A DNA stretch of 64,000 nucleotides, taken from Blepharisma stoltei ATCC 30299 (Eukaryota; Protista; Ciliophora). Position numbers and translations under genes: made by a program. Under the pieces are notes generated by a model. It was not told the DNA's origin. It ran no database searches and saw only the letters and a list, made by a program, of their open reading frames with translations. The stretch lies in contig CBFDEM010000057.1 of the NCBI GenBank assembly GCA_965603825.1, positions 434,001 to 498,000 of the forward strand, written 5' to 3'. Positions 57,672 to 64,000 of this stretch are shown in pieces (the first letter of the stretch is position 1; each line of letters begins with the position of its first letter).

Positions 57672-59189
57672 TTATGCTAACAATCCAATTCTAATCTGTT
57701 GTGTTGCCGTCTGCCTATGATTTTCACAGTATCCAGGTGTAAAACATTCTTTCCCTACAGGATCAAGCTCATCTATAATTTCTTGTGTGCACTCCTGGCT
57801 TAAGCATGAGTCACTTTTAAGCCACTTCTTCAAGTCACTACATGTAACAAGTGCATTTTCTCCATGTCCAAGCATTCTTAGTGCTTTTAGTAAATTTTCT
57901 TTGCAAAGAATTTCTTTGGGATCAATGCAAGCTCTTAAAAATTCATAATAGTCGATGACCCCGTTTTCATCGGTGTCAACCTGACTCATAATTTCTTTGG
58001 CAGCAACTTCTGGAGAACTTTCGATGAAGCAGCTTGCGAAGCTTTCGAGCTCTGACTGTGAAATCACACCGTCACAGTTGAGGTCTAATGATTGGAATGC
58101 TGATTGGATATTCATGAAATTCTTGTAACTCATAACCTGGCTAAGAATAAAAGTGCTTAGGGATTCGGTTAGTTTGGATGATCTTTGGTAATTTCTAAGC
58201 TTATTAAAAATGTTTGACAAGTCATCATCACTTTCTTTTTCTTTCCAATCTGCCTTAAACCAAGGATGTGCGCAAGCTTCTTCAGCAGAAATTCTTTGCT
58301 CAGGGTCTTTTTCCAATAATTTCCTTATTAGATCTTTTGCATCGTTTGACACATTTATCCAACGAGGACTTTCAATATTGAACCTTCCTCTCCTTATTTT
58401 CCTTATAGTTTCAGCATCACTTTTTCCTTGGAAGGGATTAAAGCCAGCGAAAAGGATAAACATAATAACCCCACAGCTCCACAGGTCAAACTTCTCATTA
58501 TAGGACCTGTCAAAAATTTCTGGAGCCATATATTCTAGAGTACCAGCAACCTGCTTCATTCTTGTCCCTTGAGGGCATTTAGCAGTTAAATCGAAATCAA
58601 TAATCTTCAATGTGATTTCGTCATCCTTTATATGACTAGCCAGCACAATGTTTTCAGGCTTTATGTCTCTATGGACTAACTTTTTCTTATGCAGATAGCT
58701 GACGCCTGACAAAATTTGTCTCATGATGCTTCTGATTATTTTTTCAGAAAAATGAAACCCGCTTGCTATTTTATCACATAAATCGCCACCGTCCATGTAT
58801 TCCAGTACTAAAAAGTACTCAGTTTTGCTATTGAAAAATTCATACATCCTAAGGATGTTTGGATGATCCAATGCTTTGAAGACATCTACTTCTCTGTGGA
58901 CGTTGGCATCTTCAAGGTAAATGCCGCTTTTGCATTCTTTCTTGATGATCTTGACAGCTCTGATGGCATCTGTCCCTTTGTGCCTACATTTTCGAATTTC
59001 GCCATGAAGGCCTGCGCCTAAAGGAACTGGATCTGTCTCATAAATGTCGTAGAAGGATTTGGAATTAGAGAAGATAAAATCGCCTGGAGAGTAAATGATC
59101 TCAGCGATGCTATCAACTGTCCTTCTGCTTATCGGCTTCATGTTAGTCGAGCTAATGAATTCAGGATGAGCCGAGCACAAACAACCCAT
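57672..59189 (-). CDS. Calcium-dependent protein kinase (CDPK), N-acylated
   Basis: MGCLCS N-terminus; LGAGLHG, AVK, HRDIKPEN, DFD, APE; junction followed by EF-hands DLNCDGVISQSE and DTDENGVIDYYE. Confidence 0.93.
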   Translation of the reverse strand: MGCLCSAHPEFISSTNMKPISRRTVDSIAEIIYSPGDFIFSNSKSFYDIYETDPVPLGAGLHGEIRKCRHKGTDAIRAVKIIKKECKSGIYLEDANVHREVDVFKALDHPNILRMYEFFNSKTEYFLVLEYMDGGDLCDKIASGFHFSEKIIRSIMRQILSGVSYLHKKKLVHRDIKPENIVLASHIKDDEITLKIIDFDLTAKCPQGTRMKQVAGTLEYMAPEIFDRSYNEKFDLWSCGVIMFILFAGFNPFQGKSDAETIRKIRRGRFNIESPRWINVSNDAKDLIRKLLEKDPEQRISAEEACAHPWFKADWKEKESDDDLSNIFNKLRNYQRSSKLTESLSTFILSQVMSYKNFMNIQSAFQSLDLNCDGVISQSELESFASCFIESSPEVAAKEIMSQVDTDENGVIDYYEFLRACIDPKEILCKENLLKALRMLGHGENALVTCSDLKKWLKSDSCLSQECTQEIIDELDPVGKECFTPGYCENHRQTATQQIRIGLLA

Positions 59190-59953
59190 TAATTTAATTA
59201 TAATAGAATTAGTCTATGACTGGATAATATGTACAAAATATTAATCGTTTTAATACTAAGGCTTCTTTTGCAGAATTTTTTCAACTTGACGAAAGGAGTA
59301 GTTACGTCATATTTAAACTATTTTTATGAATATGAAGGCAACTTCCGAAAATGGTGGTTTTTTTCAATTGACTGGAAATAGGTTAATTTGCTTGAAAATG
59401 AAGGTATTGGTATTTAATATTTTTGAAGCTAAAGGATAAGCATATTTAATTTTATATAAGATAATTACAGTGTTTTCTTAGATTTTTTAAGATAATTATT
59501 AGATAATAATTTTTATTGCCCATGATGCATTATGTGAAATTAATATTAAAATCATTTTTATAAAATTCAATGCTTCTAATGATTATAAGAAATATCTGGA
59601 ATCGAGTTATTAAAATTTTAAAAATACAGATTTGCCTTCCTTATCTTTGCCTTTGCACATTTATTACATTTTTATTTTAATAGCCAAATTTCAGAATATA
59701 AATTCTTATCCGAATTCTGCTTCAAAAAAGGCGCAGATTATGCGAGATTGGCAAAATTAGCTAATATGGATAGCTTATTTTATGGTGATGACTTTTAAGA
59801 CCAAATCGATAAAATCATGATCGTGATGAAGCTGATGATAGCTAATATGAGTTCCTAGAAATTCTTTGAGGTTAAAACCACTTTAAACAAGAGAATTACC
59901 ATCGTTGCAAAGGTATCTTAACCATAAGTGAATGTGGCAATTATCCATTAAAA

Positions 59954-60685
59954 TTAAAGAGAATCATTAGTTTTATCTGAAATCACAGTTTGCGACAGCA
60001 CAAGCTCAGCAATTTCATTTACAAGCTCTATGTCAGTAGATCCGCTTTTCTCAAATTTTCCTGTCAGTCCTATCGCTCTTGAGAGCAAAAGCGAAATCTT
60101 TTTGTCTGGCTGCTTCCTTCCTGCATTTATTTCTTTTGCATAAATTTTGCAAGCAGAGACTAATTCTTGTATACTAATTCTTTGCTTTGATAAAATATTT
60201 AAAGGCTCTGTTATGATTTTTGTTGGCAATGCTTCGAATAATGCAAGAGAGCCTATACGCATTCTTGCAAGTTTGTAGCATTGAGTTTGTATTCCTTTGC
60301 TAGAAAGCTGGAGGTTTAGCAAAATTAAATTATTCCCAGGGAACATTTTTTCGTAAGTAAGAATTGAGGTGACTGCAATATGATTCAGATCTCCAGTTCT
60401 ATAAGCACCAATTAGTGAGCATTTAGGATAGGCTTCGATAACATGGTTGAAATGAGCAGTTGCAAGAGGCTTTGCAAAGTTTAAGGTGTTATCTTTGACC
60501 ATATGATGGAGAGGGATTGCATGCTTAATGTGAATTAGGCCTTCAGATTGAGTGCCCAACAAAAGCCCTATAACTTCTTGGTCTTTGTTTGGGCGTCTCA
60601 TATAGTGTTGAAGAATGGCCATAGGTACTGCTGGATGAACTTCGCAGGAAAAAGATTTGATATCGCCTAGCCAGAGACTAGCCAT
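59954..60685 (-). CDS. EIF3F: Translation initiation factor eIF3 subunit F (MPN domain)
   Basis: VHPAVPMAILQHYMRR..EVIGLLLG..AIPLHH and IGAYRTG, typical of inactive-MPN eIF3f. Confidence 0.8.
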   Translation of the reverse strand: MASLWLGDIKSFSCEVHPAVPMAILQHYMRRPNKDQEVIGLLLGTQSEGLIHIKHAIPLHHMVKDNTLNFAKPLATAHFNHVIEAYPKCSLIGAYRTGDLNHIAVTSILTYEKMFPGNNLILLNLQLSSKGIQTQCYKLARMRIGSLALFEALPTKIITEPLNILSKQRISIQELVSACKIYAKEINAGRKQPDKKISLLLSRAIGLTGKFEKSGSTDIELVNEIAELVLSQTVISDKTNDSL

Positions 60686-61436
60686 CCTATTATATTAATA
60701 AGAAGTTCATATTAGAAATACTTATAAGAATATTTTATAAATTTTTAAATTAAAGGAAGTAATTTTATCGGAAATAGGTCTAACAAGAATTTAAATTATA
60801 AACAAAATCCTGATATACTTTCATGATGAAAATACTTTCAACAAATTTTAAGAATTTGATTCTTTTCTTAGCTCTTTGAGCATTATTATTTTATTTTTAA
60901 TTCTTAGAATATCTTACTAGCACCCATTTAAGAACGAGTGAAATGGTTTTAAGAGCCCTATTTAAGATAGAGTTAATTTATTTGTATGAACATTCTTGGA
61001 ATAAAATAGTTTGGGAAATTATGATTCTTATGATGAGATTTTTAACGGATTTTATTAAATTTAGATATTTGCATTCTAAAACTTAACAAAATAATTAAAT
61101 TAGATTTTTCTATTTTGATATTTACCAATTGTGATTAAAAAAATGTTTTTATTCCCCTTTAGGAGAAACAAAAAGTCTTGCAAGTTCTTAAAGGGCAAGG
61201 AAATTAGCACTAAAACTATGCCAACACAAACTATATATTTCCTATAGCGATTATTCACTGAATTGTAAGTCATTTACCCAACATTCTCAACATAAACAGA
61301 TCAATGCGAATAATGACAAGAAAATTAATTGCTTTGTATGATTAGTTAATTAATAATTTTTATGGCAAAGGATTATTGCTGCAGCCTAGTGCATTTTCAC
61401 ACAATTATTTGTAGGGGGCCTCTATAATAAATAAAA

Positions 61437-64000
61437 ATGAATAGCGACCAAGACAGCTCCAATTATGATCAAGCCCTAACTGATGCAAACTCATGATTCG
61501 AACTTCTAAAAGACCTTTATGCATGGTTAGAGATAGATCCTAAAGACGCAGTCTTCAAAAACGCCAAGAAAAGCAAAACCACCCTTTATAATTTATATAA
61601 AGAAGTATTAGAACATGGAGGATGGAGCAACGCGATAGGCTCAAATAGCTGGTCCAGCATAGACAAAAAGTTAACAATCACTGATTCCCGCTCAATGTAC
61701 GAAAATTTTCATTTAGTAGTATTAGAAAAGAAGCATAACCCTTCAACGAGATATTCAACAGGGGACATTTCCTTACTGAAAGAAATTATTCCTTCTAACC
61801 TAAAAGCAGTCCCAATTGTCACCCCATCTCCTGATGGAGCTTATGACTGGGATACATGGCTGGAATATGATTTACTTATCCTGAGAAACTATGTTTATGA
61901 TGTCTGGAAAATCGACACAAAATTAATGAGCATGAGATCTTTGGAAGAAGATCATAGCGATTTCCCTGTAGACATTTTAACTCAGGGCAACAGTGAATTA
62001 GACTTTAAAGTGAAATCAGCAACAAAAGAAACTGTCCCTATGATAGATTATTTGAAAATAATGAAGCAGGCTTCAGCACAAAAAGAAATGAATAATAAAA
62101 TAAAGTTTGCCGTTAATGTTGATCTTGGGAGCTGGGAAGAAGAAATTGATGAAATGAGACGAAAGCTGCCTGCAAAGATTTTATGGGACTCTAAATATGA
62201 TTCACTCAAATACACTCGCCAACATATATTAGGCATGACCCTTCCTCAGGCTTACTTAAAAATTAAAGGATGCTGGACTGGAGGCCACGAAGAAAATCTA
62301 CGCTTTTGTGCTGCAAATATCAACCATGGGCCAAGCGATGTTGAATGGTGGACTCTCAAAACTTCAGAAAACTTAAAATTCAGAGATTGCGTAATGAGAG
62401 ACTATAATATTGACATTTATATAACAGAAACTTTGTGGTGGCCTGATTTAATATACTGCCTATCTAAAGGATTTACTGTCTATCATGTTGTGCAAAAGCC
62501 AGGAGACTTAGTTTTAGTTGGTGCAAGCGCAATTCATTGGGTGAAAAGTTGCGATGTTACTGTTAATACAGCTTGAAATTTCGGCCCAAAAACACTCAAA
62601 AATTTTCAACTTGCTTTTGAAAGATATGATATAAATTTGAAAATTAATTACAGAAACCTAGTGCCGATGCATATATTGGCATTGGATTTGCTTAATCATG
62701 AAATGTCTACCTTGCCGGCTGACTTAGTGGAATTTTTATATCAAAAAATCAATGAAGCATATATAGAAGATAAAAAAAGCTTGGAGAAGCTTCCAAAAGC
62801 TAATATATCATTAAATCAAGTTGACAACGCTTTATGCTGTGAAAGCTGTTACGTTGAGCTTTTTTGGATTTATTATCGCTGCAGCAAATGCTACAAAAAC
62901 CGACTTAAGAATAGATCAGATCAAGAGTGTGTCTTTTGCAAAACGTGTGCGTATAAAAATCATAAGCCAAAGTGCAAATCTACTATCGAAGTAATTCAAA
63001 AATTTACATCAGATGACTTCAAGAGGTTTCAGGAAAGGGTACAGAATGTATTAAATAAACAAGAATTCGAATCTCCGTTACAGCAAGAGTTGCTTTATCC
63101 TTATGATAAATTTACGATGGAAGGAGTCTATAAGAGCTCGTTTACTGGAATAGAAACTGATGGAAGTTCTGAGGAAAATGTTAAAATTCGAGAAGAAACA
63201 AAATCTCCTGTAAAAAAATCATTAAAGGCTAGAAAAGGAAAAAATAAAGCTATGTCATACTCTACCAGTGAAAACAAAAGTACGGAAAAAGAAGACTTTG
63301 CATTTCCAGAAATTAAAAGCGATAAAGCTAAAAAATCTAAGATCATCTTGCCTCCAATTGAAAATATAATGAGTGTTGAAGAGAATAAAGAGGAAAGTGA
63401 AAATGAGAGAATGGACATTGAAGAAGAAGATAAAGCACCAGCAAAAAAGACAAATAAATCGAAGCAAATAAAAGAAGAAGTCTCAAAGAAAAAGGATAAA
63501 TCGCAAGTATATAAAACTTCTCTACAAAAAGATGAGAAACCAATAGGTAAGAAGAAAGCAAAAGATGATAAATCTATTGAACCAAAAAAAGATAGCATAT
63601 CTGATCAAAAAAAGGCCTCAAAAATTGGTGAGAATACTCAGAAAAAATCTAAGTCTTCTAAGAAATCTGAGCAAAATCTAGAAGAGCCTGAAGCAAAACT
63701 TCCCAAATCTTCATCAAAGAAAGAAAAAGTTGAAATTACCCAAGAGAATTCTGAAGAAACATTAGAGACCCCAAAAGATCTTAAAGCTAGAAATTCCTCA
63801 GAAATTGCGGATGAAGATATAATAGAGTCCAAAGAAAAAAATTCAAGCAATCGAAGAAGATTAAGAACTAGAAAACCTCCCAAAAAATACAATCAGACTT
63901 CTTTACCTTTACAAGCTTATCAAAATTTAGCCCAGAAAAGTAATAAATATAATGAGGAAGAGAACGAAGCGAATGAAGAAGAGGAAATAAAAGAAGAAAA
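61437..64000 (+). CDS. ARID + KDM6(UTX/JMJD3)-type JmjC histone demethylase with Zn-binding domain and charged tail (truncated by window end)
   Basis: ATG 61437; ARID-like LYNLYKEVLEHGGW..SWSSI..RSMYENF; ILGMTLPQAYLK..TGGHEEN..NINHGP..WWPDL..QKPGDLV..HWV..NTAWNFGP (W=TGA); CESC..CSKC..CKTC; frame open to the window end. Confidence 0.9.

Noticed and set aside
59785-59835. GTGATGA...GTGATGA..CTGA snoRNA-like boxes on the plus strand
   Set aside because: Only 2 nt between the C'-like and D-like boxes, leaving no guide
208-61436. IESs or telomere-addition sites in long AT-rich intergenic tracts
   Set aside because: TA-bounded segments cannot be distinguished without germline/somatic read comparison; no C4A2/C4A4-type telomeric arrays seen
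7344-63892. Numerous F/S/L-rich or otherwise antisense/alternate-frame track ORFs (e.g. 7344, 7794, 11464, 13251, 20037, 27324, 36627, 37723, 45872, 53893, 56205, 63128)
   Set aside because: Shadow ORFs overlapping well-supported genes; their composition mirrors E/K-rich or Cys-rich sense frames
1848-64000. Many genes look like pseudogenes broken by stops
   Set aside because: Breaks are TGA at Trp positions or lie within 15-nt introns; no frameshifts remain after recoding
1848-64000. Selenocysteine or Cys reading of TGA; Mycoplasma-like or mitochondrial origin
   Set aside because: TGA aligns with W/TGG; genes are eukaryotic nuclear types with GT-AG introns

Overview
AT-rich, gene-dense eukaryotic DNA, best explained as the somatic (macronuclear) genome of a heterotrich ciliate of the Blepharisma type. 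The organism assignment is inferred from two features seen in the sequence. (1) TGA encodes Trp: it occupies conserved W positions in DysF, WD40, TTL, JmjC, GST and dCache motifs, and swaps with TGG between tandem paralogues, while TAA/TAG are the stops. (2) There are 11 spliceosomal introns of exactly 15 nt (GTA.....TA...AG). The supplied standard-code ORF track therefore fragments most genes. Re-read with TGA=W and the micro-introns removed, the window holds about 38 protein genes (2 truncated by the window edges) and one tRNA-Pro(UGG). Highlights: a bacterial-style dCache(amino-acid motif)-HAMP receptor with a TPR-vWA output; an aromatic amino acid hydroxylase with the TPH-type Phe and a mitochondrial-like presequence; a Zucchini/PLD6-type HKD enzyme with an IQ motif; an ARID-fused KDM6-type demethylase; a Pogo/Tigger-derived gene with a degenerate catalytic triad; a C2-RHD-DysF protein; two tandem aspartic pseudo-proteases; two tandem double-claudin-like proteins; and a SILK/RVxF/CaaX micro-protein. 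All family calls come from motifs read by eye; no database search was run.
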